64,000 bases of DNA from Amphiscolops sp. MND2022 (lineage: Eukaryota). Of the stretch, positions 48,814 to 63,779 are shown in pieces. The stretch covers positions 90,522,001 to 90,586,000 of the forward strand of contig OZ076409.1 of assembly GCA_964187785.1 (NCBI GenBank). Reading direction: 5' to 3'. Position 1 is the first letter of the stretch. Each line of letters starts with the position of its first letter. The notes beneath the pieces are model-generated. The model was not told the origin of the DNA and did no database searches. It worked only from the letters and a program-made list of their open reading frames with translations. Made by a program: the position numbers and the translations under genes.

Positions 48814-49810
48814 GTTGCTTTGGGAGGTCGTTGATTCATAGAGAGTTCGAAGAGGCGTGGATCGGAAATCACAATTGAAAATTTTGGCCAGAAATGCGAA
48901 ACGCTTACTCATGCCGAATGAGATTGTTTTGCGCGAAGATTTTCTTTCGGGAGATGCACAATGAGGAAACACTTTTGCTAAATGGGTTGACAGTAATCCA
49001 TCGCAGAAATTACGCATTTGGTATCCAAATGTGATCACGGAGTGAAAAGCCAAAGGTTCAAAGTCAAATGCAATCATAACACTGAAAATTCTTGTCACGT
49101 GATTGTTGCCTTGCAAAACGGATCTTGAGAAGACAATTTATTAGTTAGTTCTGTTTCTGCTAATTGCCAATTAAATGTATTTAAATTCTTTTAAATGTTG
49201 ACTCTCAGCCTCGAAAATTGTTTTTCGAGACTTTCAAAGTCATTAAACATCGGATGCTGGGAGAGAAACTCTCCCGAGAAGTACATAAATTTGGAACCAT
49301 ATGATAAAATTCAAAAGTTGTGCAAATTTTGAAGTTGATTGCTGGCCTGTCGCAGACTGCAGCCAGCTGTGGCAATAGGTATCAAGTGGCCGCAGATGGC
49401 CAAACCACCGTGCTTCCCCCTGGCGTTCTCCGCTTATAAACAATAAGGACTCAAGGTCCATCCGACTACACTAGCTGTTGTAGGGAAAAGTTGTATTATT
49501 GTTTTCCCCAGCATGTTACAATGTTGTTATGTTTTAGTCATTCCTGTAGTCATGTAATCAAGTAATTATTATGTGAACTAGTTTTGTGGTTCGTTAACGG
49601 TGTAATGCAATTAGCCAAAGTAATAATCTGGAAGGAAATGCGTTCGAATAAGCCAGCACTCTAGCTGATTCGACACGTTGCCCATTGAGATTGTTCTCCA
49701 ATCAGAGAGGCATTTTACTGCAGTCAGGCGGACTGCAGGACCGTTGCATTTAGAAGCACGTGCTGCCACGCATTTCTAAATGTAACACTCAGTTTTTTAC
49801 GAAGTTCCTC

Positions 49811-50194
49811 TTTTTTAGTCGGGGCTTTTCGTAGAAAACGCAGACTACACCAAACCACTCGCTTTTCTTTTTCTATGACCGACGAAGTGACGGATTTTAT
49901 AGGCTTTCTAAGCCTCCACTAACTGCCACACTAAACTCGTAACTTCTACTGCAACTTGGCATAGAGGTTAAATAGGATTTTTTGAAGTCTGGGAACCAGA
50001 AAGACGTGAGTTCGAATCTCGCACTTGACCATATTTTTTTGTGCATGTTATTTCCGTCCCCCTTCATTTTTTTTTGATACTTTGCAACAAAATGGATATT
50101 CAAAAACCCCAAAGGATCCCTTTTTAGATTTTTTCGGCACTATGCGGCTTACCGGAGACTTCAAGAAAAATTTCCAAAAAACAGAAAAAATTAT
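49811..50194 (+). mobile_element. 5' part of a Helentron-associated element, interrupted by element B
   Basis: TTTTTTAGTCGGGGCTTTTC...CAGACTA start and AAAGGATCCC / TTTTTCGGCACTATGCG modules up to the LTR at 50195. Confidence 0.55.
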
Positions 50195-52060
50195 TGTCGC
50201 AGGCTGCCGCCTGTGACGGTACGACAGTGACTACGTCAGCGAACGGACAGGAGTTTGTACCCGGAACACTACCCATCTATTGATCGGGCTAAAACATAAA
50301 CTTAGAACTTTCACGCCATTTTTGTTATTCAATACATATTATGTTTGTTGATGTTGCTAGCTTTTAATATATACTTGCACATGTAAAATTAGTCTGTTAA
50401 AAGTTACATTTGAAGGTCCAAATAGTATAATTGTGGTTTCAAAGATTGAAAGGCGCTTTGCAATTGTAAACGTAATACGCGACAATGTAGCTGTATAGCG
50501 TAAAGGAAACGAGTTCAAGTGAGCGAAACTCTCATTCCGGAGACGTCACTTGAACTCAACATTCTAGCCAATCACATCGCTTCTCTTCGCTATATTAGTA
50601 CTGCTTTGATTGTGTAGTGGCCGAGTATGGCCAATTGACTCAATATATATACTTCACTACATGCTTTAGTCAAATGGCCGGTTCCGGCCACCTAGATGAA
50701 ATGATATGTATACTCGTGTAATTAATCATACTAATGGGAAATTGTTGTAAATGTATCCCTGATGTTGAATGAAAGCTTCAACACCGATCAATGCACCTAG
50801 CAGACCCAGTGCTAATTTAAAGGCCAAATAAGGCTTTCGCCCTCCCTTATTATAATGCCGGATTAAAAAACCGGACTTGTCCATTTTCGGCCTTGATAAA
50901 AGGTGCTTTACTTTGATGGTGTAGTACTATTTTAAACAAGCTGATCATGTAATATTTGATTTTGTTTCAACCTGTGTTAAATAATAAACACGTGGCAACA
51001 CGTGTCGCAGTGGCTTCCCGAAAGGGATGCCTCTTACATTCTTTCAGTGAGTATTGGTATTTGTTGACAAGATAATGGTGATGATGTTTTCATAAAACAA
51101 TACTTAAAGGTGCGGTTTGTGTACCTACCGAAGAGCTATTTATTTGATGTTGGATTCTCAGAAATTACCTGAATGTCGGGAATTTACCCGGTTGGGGTTT
51201 CACTCAAATATGTGCTTTGAAGTGTTGATTACTTCACTAGTAACAATGATGATGTTTATCTCGTGACATGTCAAGGCCGCGATCATGTAATATTCTCTTA
51301 ATCAACGAATCCGTGGAATGTGGCTGTCACCTTTTGAGAGTATATGTACCCATGTTTCGAGAGGAGAAGTTATAATTTTCACTTCTCTGCTTTGATAAAG
51401 ATTGAATTGATATAACGATTCTCAACTAGTTTTTCGGTTTAAATAATTAAACTATTTGACCCGGTTCTGTCTTGATGCCTGTGACTAGGAAACAAAAGAA
51501 AGCGAGGAAATCGAGAGGAATAGAGATGCTCTCAGATATAGAAAACTTAGATATCACGCTTGGTGAGAACCATTATGACAGGAATGAAAGGGAAGAAAGC
51601 GTCATTAGTAATCAGGCTAGGAGGCCAAGAAGTCTTTCAAGAGACGAATTTGAAAACAATGGTGAGAATAATTATCTGGAAACAGGTAGTTTCGGCCCCG
51701 GTACTAGTGCCAATCATGGCCAAAATTCAACAGGAGGCAATTCAAGAGCCGAGATCAACAGGTTGTCAAGTGAGTTGAATTCAAGATTGTCTAGAGAACT
51801 TGATGATATGATGAGTAGTGTTAATACCCAGATTCAGAGGGCAATCAATGATGCAATCAGCGGTCAAATATTACCGCAAATCCAATATGTTCTAAGTGCT
51901 GGATCGGGGCAATCGACACTAAATAAATGGAACGTTCCGTCCGAGAGACCGGAAGTGAATTCCGAAGAGACCTATGGTGAGAAAGCCAAGAAAAGCAATT
52001 GAAGTGAGCAGCGCTTTGATTACCTAAATGGTAGTCAGTCTAATACACGTGCTTACGACA
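50195..52060 (+). repeat. 5' LTR of element B (1866 bp)
   Basis: Same termini as the element A LTR and followed by the same PBS; partner LTR is outside the window. Confidence 0.85.
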
Positions 52061-53190
52061 TGGTGACAGGAGACAACGAATCTCCAATCGAAGCTCTCGA
52101 GTTTCTCACGGGACGAATGCCACCAAGAAACCATCTTCACAGTTCCCATGACAACTTCGACCCACTACTAGACACGACGATCCCAGCACAAGAAAGAAAT
52201 GCTCAGGCCCCTGAACTAGATCCCATCAACCGACTGGCTGATGTCCTGACAAGCATGCAAAATCGTCCTTCAGACCAACAGCTCACTATCCGCCCAGTCA
52301 ACTCAAACACAATGACTTTCGATGGCAATAGTGAGAAGTTTGAGCTGTTCGAGGATCTGTTCCACACGATGATCAAGATGCAGCCTGAAATGTCTGAACA
52401 AATGAAATTTAACCATTTTCACTCGCTGCTAAAGAAAAACGCCTTACAAACATTCCGAAACATTAGCACAGCTAATAGACAGACCCTTGAAGACGTATTA
52501 GTCATATTCCGACGAAAATACGTCAAACCTGAGTCTCAAGCAACTGCCAAACACAAATGGCACCGTCTGGTGTTTGATCCAAACACAACAAAACTACCAG
52601 ATTTCCTTGAAGAATTGAATCAAGGTGCAGAAAAAGCGTTTGGAGACAACGCCCAAAAGATGATTGACAGCCTCCTATACGCAAAACTGCCACCGAAACT
52701 AAGATCAGTTAATATGGATAGATTAGAAAATGGCTCCTATGATGAAATCGTCGCTCAGCTCGAGATAGAGTTGGAGTTAAATGCTCTTGAAGAGTCCGAC
52801 GACCTTCCAATGGCATCAATGACATCTTCAACCCCGAAAACCAAAACTGTTCCGTCCAAGGCACAGATGAGCGACATCACATGCAACTACTGCAAAGAAA
52901 AGGGCCATATGGTCAAGGATTGCAAAAAACTCAAGAAGAAAAAGGAGAAAGAAGCCCAACAAGGCAAACCGACCCAGAAAAAGACTTACCCCAAATGCAG
53001 TACTTGTGGCAAAACTAACCATCCTGAAGAGAGATGTTGGCAGGGAGCAGGTGCGCACCTTAAACCCAAACGCACCAGACCAGAGGACGCGTCAGACAAT
53101 GATTCTGACTCTAAGGCCTCCAAACCCCACTACAAGCGAACATCATCCAGTTCTCAAACTTCATCCAGCAAAGATTACCAAAAAAACTAG
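51475..53190 (+). pseudogene. gag: gag of element B, one in-frame stop at 52000-52002
   Basis: ORFs 51472-52002 and 52060-53190 are in the same frame and collinear with element A gag. Confidence 0.88.
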
Positions 53191-56100
53191 CTTCGCCACG
53201 ACTCCAATATAACCAACTAGTCTCCGTCCGACAATACATCAAATCGGACCTTCCACCTAAAAACTTCCACAATTACAAACAACAATTGATGGGCTATCCC
53301 TCTGTTGTCTGGCAGCAGCAGATGGATAAAGCTATCATCATTACTTACAACAACGCCCATTTATTCCACAAACAAATTCCTGTCTGGGACCCGGACTATA
53401 CAACCACCTTCCCTACCCGGTTCAGGCCCATTCCCCTGATAGATGATTATAACCCAACATACATCGACCCAGACTATGGCAGAGATCCCTATTGGGACAC
53501 CGAGATTTACAACCAAGATTTACTGCAATTTCAGTATGTCCTAGACGATATTGACCATTATAACAGAACTGTCCACGAGAACCCTCCAATTACCCATAAC
53601 AAGAAAACACGAGCGCTAATCGAGAACTGGCAAATGAATGAATGATGGCACAAACCATCCAGTGTTCCCAAACCCATTGGGGACCGAAAATCCTGAAAAC
53701 ACCAGCGAACCTATACCACAATCACTATTAGACGAGACATAATTCCAGAATGTACTTATAACCAAAGATGGTGAACCAGACTGTATACCCCTGTCAACCA
53801 ACATTAATCTCAAATGCAAGAAACGCATGCTTCATTTCCCAATGGACTTTGGGGAATTGACCATTGATGGACTCATCGACACTGGGGCACTCTCCAGTAC
53901 AATCCCTGAAATGGATCTCCGGAAAATCCGTCTTTTATCTCCACAATCTGTCATCCGGGAAGAACTTCCTCCAAACTTCCAAGTCATGGTCGCTAATGGA
54001 AAATTGGAAACTCCTAAGAGCACCATAGAACTCAAGTTCGAAGTTGGTGACATTGAGTTCCATGAAATCTTCATAGTAATGGAACATTTAACGGGACCGA
54101 TCATTGGACTAATGTTCATCCAGAGAAATCATACAGTTCTGGACATGAGACAAGGAATCCTGAATTTCCCGTTCTTTTCAATGCATCTCAAAACGGCTGA
54201 TCATGAATATTCGAATGTGCTAGAGCCAATTCTCAATCCTACTGAAATAACCATTCCGCCAAACGACAGAGTCCTAATCGGGACCAATTCAGTACTTTAT
54301 CCCGAGAATGCTGTCACTGGCATTTTACAACCAAGTGACCTCTTACACGGAGAAGGGGAAATCACATTTTGCCCAACCTTGGTCACTCTGAATGATGGCA
54401 ATATATCAATACCTGTGAACAATTTCACAGACCACCCCTACAAACTCAAAAAAGGACTTCATATTGCCAGTTTCTCAGTCATGACACCAGAACAGATGAA
54501 ATATGTCAAACCGGTAGACCCGGCATCAACCTGGCACCTTTTGCAAAATGACCAAGAACAGGCAGCACATTATGTCAGCAGCCTCATCAAGACGAATAAA
54601 AATCCTCAAAATTCCGAAAATTACTGGTTCCCAACTCCAGAAAACCCTGGAAATCCCGAGGAACACACGCCTATTCAGAAAAGAATTCTACGTGAACTAC
54701 AGGCCTTACAGGACCTGGAGACACTTGACCCCACTACAGATGAAGAATCTCGTGCAAAATTCCTAGAAAACTTTGATTGGAAAGATTCCACCCTTACTCC
54801 TGAAGGAAAGGAGAAAATTGAGGAATTACTAGTGGAATTCCATGATATATTCACACGATATAGATTTGACATAGGCATGAACAAGAGTTTAAAGTGAAAT
54901 TAACAGCCAAGGACGATTCCCCAGCCTATAGCCAGAGCCTCCCAGCCCCTATCAACCTGCAGGAGGACATCTTAGTCGAACTGGCCATGTTACACAAATA
55001 TGGCATCATCACCACCCTACCGTTCTCGAAATATGCGAGTACAATATTCGCACAAAAGGAACCGAACGGAAAACTCAGACTCTTGGTTGATTTGAGGAAA
55101 ATCAACAACCTCATATCTGATGATCACATAAACAATAATCACCCCGTCAGTACTTTAGTCGACGCCGCCCAACACTTAGCGGGCAAAAAACTGTTCTGTA
55201 AATTAGACTGCCCACAGGCATACCATTGCCTACCGATGGCTGACCAACGATCATTTGAAATGTTGGCCTTTAACTTCGCCAGTCGCACATTTGCATACAG
55301 ACGTTTAGCACAAGGCCTTAACCGGGCTCTATCCGCGTTTTCGAGCTTCATGAGGGAATACCTCGACAAAGTCATCAAGGCGGATCAATGTGCCCAGTAT
55401 ATGGACGATATCGGCATCGCAGCCAACAATGCTGACCACCTCATAGCTAACCTGAGAGCAACGTTCAAATGCTTTCAGGAAGCAGGCCTTAAGTTGACTA
55501 TGCACAAATGCCACTTTGGTGCAAAAGAATTTGATTTTCTCGGACTATTACCCCACAAGGCGTCAAACTTCAGAAACAGAATGTGCAGAACTTTCTAGAA
55601 AAGACCAAATTCCCGAAGTCGAAAAAGGCTTTACAACGCCAGTTGGGATTCCTAAACTACTACAGGAATTATGTCCCAAGACTTTCAGAACGCCTTGCTT
55701 CATTCTACAAGATGCTGAAAAGTGACGAAAAGGTCCTAGTATCAAAATAATTAGTCCAGCAATTCGAAGAAATCAATAAAGCACTAGACAAATGTTGCGA
55801 CTTGGCCCTACAGCAACCCATTCCCAACAAGCAAATCGCACTAATTACTGATGCAAGTTTTGGTGCAGCCGGGTACGCGGTCCTAATTGAAGACGACACA
55901 AGCCAGAAAATTACATCGCTCAGAAAAACGTATGCACCGGTCGCAAATGGAACAGAAACTTTCACCCCAGCACAGATCAAAATGTCAATTTATGCCAAAG
56001 AGTTCCTTGCAATTTATTTTGCATTCAAAGAATTTGGACATATCTTCTGGGGTGCGCCGCAACCGGTCATTATCCTTTCAGATAACAAAGCTGTCACGCG

Positions 56101-58392
56101 ATTTTTTTGAACGAAAATAATACCTCCAGCCCTGTGGAACGCGTGTGATTATGTGATTCAGTTCAATTTTGTCATAGCGCACATCCCAGGAGCACAAAAT
56201 ACAGCTGCTAATTATTTGTCCCGTTTGGAAGCAGACCCGAAGGACAAATTAGTCATGAAGATCCGTGAAGATGTACAAACGTTACCAATCGAAATAAATG
56301 TCCAATCAGCAGGGGTGTCACAGGAAGAACAAATCTTCTACACGAATGACGACGATGAGACAGAGGAACAATACTGGGCACGGAAAGAAGCAATCAGGAA
56401 AAATCCAGCTATTGATGAGCTCACGGTTACAATACAAACTCTGTCAACAAATCTGGTCAAGCAACACCCCGATATACAAGTCCGATTGAGGAAGACGAAC
56501 CAGATCATTTTCGAGCAATCCAAAGATGCGGTACTACAGCAATTGAAGGTGAAACTGCTTCATGAAGAGTATTCAGAAAATCTGCTGCAACAGGATGCTC
56601 GTTACAGGCATTATGCAAACAATCTGGAACGAATTGTACTAAAGGACGAAATCCTGACAAGGCAATACTTTGATGAAACAGGGAACGTTAAATACCATCA
56701 AATTCTGCTCCCTCAGCACTTACTCCAGGAATTGCTTCAGTCTCTTCACGGGACGGCGCATAAACATCCTGGCATCTCAAAATTGTTGCAGGAAATCCGA
56801 CAAAGGTATTACTACCCTAGCATGGCCAAACACGTCAAAAAATGGGAAGAGGGGTGTGAAGAATGCGCAAGAGACAAGCGAGTCCCCAACGCAACAATTA
56901 CGCCTGAATTACTCAACTTGCTCGAATGGGACCTTGGACCTGAAGACGCCATGCAAATCGACTTATTGCCGAATCTTTCCCCAAGTGGAGGCTACGAAAA
57001 CGTCCTAACAGCAATTGCTGTATTCTCCAGATATTTGTTCGCCTATCCCCTTCAGATGCGTCGGCGATCAATGTAGCAAAAGCGCACATTGACATCATGA
57101 CCAAACATGCATATTTACCGACAACGCTGATTACTGACAAGGGTACTGCATTTACCTCTACAATCATTGCGGAGATTACGCAAATTTTAGGCATAACACT
57201 CAAATGCGCAACAACAAAACATCCGCAAACAATTGGGAAATTGGAGCGGACCCATGCCTCGCTGAAAACAAACCTCAAAATGGCATGTGGGGAATACCCC
57301 TGACAATGGCACAAAAACTTGCCATTAGCAGTACTGAATCAAAATACTAGTTATCATGCCAGCATCGGTTGTGAACCCACAAGGGTGTTTCACGGCAGAA
57401 TTCCTTACAATATTCTTGATCACAAGCTTGGAAATAATCCCAACGAAAGGATCAGCCCTACAACCGAATTTGCTGAAGAAATACAAAGTCGGACAAAAAT
57501 CTTGATCGACAAGACGAAGCAGATAATTATGCAGTCATATATCAAGTACAAAGAATATTACGACCGCAAGGCAAAATCCGCTCCATTAAAGGAGAACGAA
57601 TACTGTTTTGTCCTACAGCCAAAAGCGGACAATCAAGGATCAAAAATTCCATTCCGCGATTACCGTTGGGTTGGACCATTTGTAGTCCAAAAAGTTTTAC
57701 CAAATGAAAACTTTATCGTACGACGCAATGATACAAACAAGACTCAAATATTGCATCGGATTCGCCTTAAAAAGTTTGTCCCCAACCAACCGCTTCAGGA
57801 CAATTTCCGAGAACAGCGGTTACAGCCTGATGAAGAGATCATCATTCCGCAAGACGACTTATATATCATAACGTGGAAAACAGACTTCGGCGAGCAACTC
57901 GTAACACGAGGACACGATCCTATTCCGACTAGCTTGCCGAATGGCGAACAGCCGAATGCGGCAGAACCGAGTCATAGTGACGTAGACAAGAATGAAGCGG
58001 ATTACATAATCACGAACGACGAAACAGATTACGCTGACCATGTGGCGCGAAGTCGGAATGAAAGGATAAACGATGACGTCACAAAACGAAATGCAGCTAG
58101 TGAAGCGACTAGAAATGGAGAATCTGATTGGCCGAATCCGGCCGTTTCCCCAAAAGGTCGAGAAAAATCTTTGCCGAATTTGGATGAAAGACAAAAAAAC
58201 GATGAAAATTCTTCACAAAGAAACTCGATGACTGAAAATGATGCACAAAATTCTCCAAAAAGGGGGGATGATATTATCGTGCCCGAAATATCTGAAAACG
58301 ATGCTAGAAATGAAAGTCTGAGCCCTAGAGGAGGGAAATATAATCTCAGGCCTAACCCTAACCCAAACTACTCAGAAGACTTCAGATACTAA
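53184..58392 (+). pseudogene. pol: pol of element B with multiple frameshifts and stops
   Basis: Series of ORFs closely matching element A pol (LIDTGA, YMDD, TDAS, integrase, identical C-terminus). Confidence 0.92.
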
Positions 58393-58635
58393 GAATTGAA
58401 TTCTTCCCGAAAATGGGAGTTTTTTTCTACTATCTTTCTTTTCGTTTTTTCTGGTCCCTCTAGTATCTTTTGAATAAATAATGGGACGAATGATACACCC
58501 CTTTCAAATAAATAAATACAGGGGTTGAAAGATACAAACAATGAAGAAACAGAAATCAAGGGCAAATGAACGAATAAATACAACAAAGAATAAACAAAGT
58601 CCGTGAACTAGCGTACATAAAAACATATGTACAAG

Positions 58636-61600
58636 TTACTTTTTAGAAGTTGAGGGTGTGGGAAGACTGGTGACAGATGAACTAGATGACCGAGACTTTG
58701 TACTGCCCATTCGTCTTCTCTTTGTTCTACTCGGGATTTGCAAGGCGGACTGCTCAGGTATAGGAGAAGCTTCTCGGGGATCCAAGCTGACAACGTTTCC
58801 TTGAGGGCCTGCAGCTGCTACCTTGTAAGAAGAAAGTAGGGCCTTATAGATTTTGGATCGTCCAAACGTGTCTACATAATCCCAAGGATCATAAGTGGGG
58901 GCAAATGCAGTCCTTCCGAAATCAGAGGTAAGCAAAGAGAACTTTGACAATTTTGAATCCTGACTGCAGAACGGGATTGAATCGGGAACCCCCGACAAAT
59001 GTCTCTGTCCCGGCAACACGACATCAGTGAACCTTCCATGAGGGCCCATAAGACCAATGTTACCAAAGGTAACAGAAGGGAATTCTCTACTACGAGCCGT
59101 AATGCACAAGCAACACAATTTGAAGAGGTGGAGAAGAAGTGGCTTAGCACGGAGGAAATCAACCCTCATAAGGAAATCGATTAAATCAGCAGATAAATCT
59201 GTGAAATTGAAGTCAGCCGGATAAGTAATTCACAAATGGTCTGTCAGACCAAGGGATTCTTCGCGATAAGAAGATTCATCAGCGCTTGTGACCCAAGATC
59301 GTAGAAGGAAAGTATTATAAAGCACTTCAAAATGCCGCAGAGCAACATCAATTGGACGGCTAAACAAGATCTGAGAATTGAAAGCTGCCAGGCCTTGGAC
59401 CAAGTGGGAATTCAGCCCCACCTGGTGCAGGACTCCCTCTATCACATGTTTGATGAAACTGAGCGCCTCCTGAACAAAATCGCTGTTCACTTCATTGACA
59501 GTTTTTTGGATCGTGGCCTTATCGGGTTCCTTGCCAACTAAGAGACCTTCAGCTTTGATTTTACTAGCTGCAGCAACTTTCGAAGAAAGCTTCAGCCGAA
59601 TCAGGAAATCCTCCACCTCCTTGAATTTCCCCTCTGCTGTCTTGAACCCCATAAGAAGAAACCAAGAATTTTCCAAGGGAACAGTATCAGGGGTGAAACA
59701 GCGGGAACAGAGCCGGTACACAAATTGGCTAGCCTCACCAAACAGATAGAAGGACGCGTCACGTCGCTGGTGGAGGTTAACTACGAAGCTGGATAAACCT
59801 ACAACCATAGTAGAAAAATGTCCGAAACAAGCGGAACAAAACAAAAGGAAACTAAAAGTAACCACTAACAGTCGTTGACAAGTCGTTGGAAGAACTCAAG
59901 TTTGACAGTGATGAACTCGTCACAAATGAGCGACCACTCAAAACTCTGTACCTGTGAAACACAAAGACTTCTCATTAAGAACACTCAAAAACACTCATTA
60001 GGAAATTAATGGCTTGTACAGTTCAAAAGAACTCTAAATCAACCACACGGTGGGAGGTTTGGGACAAACAACTTACTCTGCTTCGGACTCCTTGACCTTC
60101 ATGTCTGGCTGAGTGGACGGTTAGATAAGTACGCACGTTCTTCCATTGGTTGATCAGCTCAGTACACAATGTGGGTAGGCCCTTAAGGTCGATCTTGCAT
60201 GAAGAAATTGCCTAAAACAATAGAACGGGAGTGAAACGACTGCCCTTTTATTCTGAACCCGTGGTTCGCAACAGGTGTTATACCAACCCGCTGAAGTTCG
60301 GGGGACTCTAGAACCCAATCCTATGTTTGAGACCCACCCAGAGAAACCAGGAGAGCTTGCAATACTGAAAAGAAGTCAATCTTTCCAAAGACGCTGTAAC
60401 TCCCTTTGTGCATCAATGTGAACAGTGATAAGTGCTCGAAACGGGAACAGCTTTGGACTCCCCTGGGGAAGTAACTGCAACGGTCGAGGGTGCGCACAAA
60501 GTCCACTGAACATCCGGAACACGCCACGATGTCTGCTCTGGTGGAGACCACGGAAAGGAACCGAGACAATGATCCTAGCTCCCCGGTAAGTTGTGATGAT
60601 GGGAGCTTACTACGGCATACAAAGATGCGGCACAACTTTTCATCCTTCCAAAAGCGTACACTCATATGACGATAAGTGCCGAAATCTTCAAATTCCACTG
60701 AGAAACATTGTTCGGCAGCTACCACCTGGGAGATGTCGTCCATCGCACGATTGAAGATATGCTGGAATATGGCCTGAAAAACACGAATACTCAACACCGA
60801 CTAGGATAATACCCCCCTCCGGCGGCTAATGCGGATTATACTTACAGTGAGACGTTCTTCGCCCCACTCAAAATCACAAAGCGTAGCCTGGTAGATTGTG
60901 AAGGAACCGATCCTTGCCCACAAATTGCGAAGTAAAGACAGGTCGCCGTGTGTCTGGATGTAGTCCGAGATGATACAGATTTGGGTCTTGGCCCGCGAAT
61001 CAGGTGTCACCAGCGCTGTAGAACTACCTTTGAGGAAATCGTCATAAAGAGGGAAACGCTCCCCTATGTCCACTAGTTCGGCATGGATGAACTTTGGGAG
61101 CTCCTTGGCAAGCTCAATTTTAGTCAGCACTTTTCCGTTCCGGCCTCGTACTCTGTGTTGGACTTTTCCGCTGATGGGATCAACACCTTTGATCGCGCCT
61201 TAAATGCTTCTCTGATCTATGGTGCCGTTTGATTTCAAAAGTGCCTTTAGTCTTTATAGAGATGTTTTTCTGCAAATGTGGCACCACACCATGCAAGGAT
61301 TATGGAGAGGGTCAGCAGGTCCGGAGATGAAGGACCGTGTCCAGTCAATTTTGGAGAAAAACTCCTCTCGCATGGGGACCCCTCGCTGGACTGCCCCGGA
61401 TTTTCTCTTAGTCTTCTTAGGCTGGGGGGCTGTGTTAGTCCTCTCCTCAATTGGTGCTTCCCTGATCGCTGACAACGTTTCATCGGGACAACTCATTTCA
61501 CTAGAGGTTCCAGCTTCAGCAATTCTGGTCGGGATCCTTGTTGCTGAGGTGCGTTGCCTGGATCCGCCAGCAGTAGACTTCTGGAATGATTCGGCGATCG

Positions 61601-62768
61601 AAGCCATTTCCGCTGCACTGTCTGACTCCCCATAACTCATCGACATGTCCTCTGCAGCTGAGGTACCTGAAGACCCTCTGCCAGGTGGGCCACAGTACGA
61701 ATCACTTTCCGTTCCTCCCTCACTAGTGTCACTGTCCACACGAGGGTGGGGAGTCTGGGCCCGGTGCCGGGATCGGAAATGGTCAGTCCGTGACTCTGCA
61801 GTTGTTGGGGTTCCCCTTCCTGCCCCTAAAACTATCTTCTCCATGGTTGTGAAAGACTGACTTAGTGTCTCATTGGTGAGAGTTTTGAGGAGGTGATATA
61901 ATTGAGGCTCACTGAATGCCACTGTAGGATGTCCGACTGGCAAAGAAAATGGGGGCGTTTCATCGAAGAATTGTTTGAGTATTGCCCTGCTCCTCCCGAA
62001 TAACTCCTGAATAGGGACATTCGTTGCACGCCCTGAAGCTCCAGGTTCCGCCTGAAAGGCAACCTCGGTAGCGGGGCCTGATTCGTCTCCTCCCTCTGTT
62101 CCTGACTCCGAGTCAGCAAAAAGAGCATTTCGGGTATGATGATATCCTAACCTACTTATCTCGTCTTCAGTCTTTTCGGCGTCACTTAGTTCGTTCGGGA
62201 GTATCTTTTGAGTTGACAACCCGGGCAGTGCTGGAACCTCATATATGGAAGATGCAGTGTCCTCGCCAGCAGAGAGGTGCGTTCCAGAGTGTTCTCTGAT
62301 GAGGGGTGTTGTAACGGGGACCAACTCGGGCAAGCTGCACTCTGCTGTGGTTGTAATCCTGAGAGCCGCTTCGAGGGAAGTCAAACTAGAGGAATGTGCC
62401 TCACCTGGGCTGATTGGAACCGGGGTACTCGTCCGGACTTGGTTTGTGTTATCCAAACCTGCGGTTGTTAGTTCGGGAATCTGCTGGGTTTGAAACTCCG
62501 TGTTTTCGGCTTGCTCCGTCCCAGAAATTGAGGATTTCTCTTTCAAACGTACAATGTTGGCAGCGTACGTGTTAACATCTTCATCACTACCATCTTCTTT
62601 TGAGGATGTCTGTCGATCAAGTTGATTCTCAGGCTCGAAGCCCGTACTACAATTTTCGGTAGGGACTTGGACAAGGGTTGGATTTGTTGTCAAATGAGTT
62701 TCTTCTCTTGGGTTTTCTAAACAGAAAGAGATGAATTTTCGCGGTGAGCTTCCTTGGAAAGAATCCAT
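58636..62768 (-). pseudogene. Antisense five-exon BED/hAT-like gene of element B. Exons 62768-60846, 60773-60288, 60211-60077, 59951-59870, 59798-58636
   Basis: GT-AG introns 60774-60845, 60212-60287, 59952-60076, 59799-59869; premature stops at 60321 and 59230 and lesions near 61190-61260. Confidence 0.82.
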
Positions 62769-63779
62769 TAAGCCGCATTAGAAATCTTCCGGATGTGTTT
62801 GAAACGTGAACGAAACGTGCTATCACGTGTTAGATGATAGAAACAGGAAGCGCCTATTGAACAAATTAGCTCTGATTAGGTTAATTTAGTTCAAATTATA
62901 AAATCCAAACCAACCTGAGTCAGAAGACATTTTCCTGTAGAAGCACTGTGTTCCGGGAAACAGTCCTAGATCGGCTTGGATAGTTGAGGAATAAGGCCCA
63001 ACTCGGCCAGAGATGAAGGATAAATGGAGAGGATCCAATGGTAAATATCTACTAATGGAGGTGAAGGCAGGAGCAATCGTATATCGTTGTCAGAGACTCG
63101 GATGGGTGGATAATGCAAAAACAACAAGTTGGAGTTCGTGGCTGAAGAAGATCACCAGACTAATATTATATGATTATCTACATATTTAAAGTGTACATGG
63201 AGTCTGCCAGTGAAATGTACAGAAAACCTTCATTATTTACAGCTTGTTTAGTTAGAGGCCGAATATGGCCGTTTGCCTTATTTTGTTTTACCGATTTGTT
63301 CCGTCATCCCAGTTATCCTTAGTTAGAATTTTCGCCATTTTGAATTATTTTAGTTATTATTTTGACCATTTTATTTATTCATTTTTCATTTTATTAATGG
63401 GTAACTCTGATTGGCTGAAGCCATTTTGGGGAGGTTCAGTAACGTAAGCCGTTAATCACCAGCAAACAACCCGTTAATTACTCACTTGAAGTGAAGTTAC
63501 TTGTTGATAACAACTTGAAGATGCTTCTCTCACCCACTTGAGAAATGATATTAGGGGGGCTTACCATCTACAATTCAAAGAAGCGATGCCTCTAAAAAAT
63601 CCATTCAAGAAAGTTTACGACGACTCGGGACAATTAACCTGAGGATCTACCGCCGAGTAGAAAACCCGGGAAAATGTCCTAACTCGGCATACGGCGAAAT
63701 TTCGGTAGACTCATTCTGTCTCAAATTATTCAGCAATCAGTCGCCTTTCCAGCTTCGAAAATCGCTAAAAAAACTCATA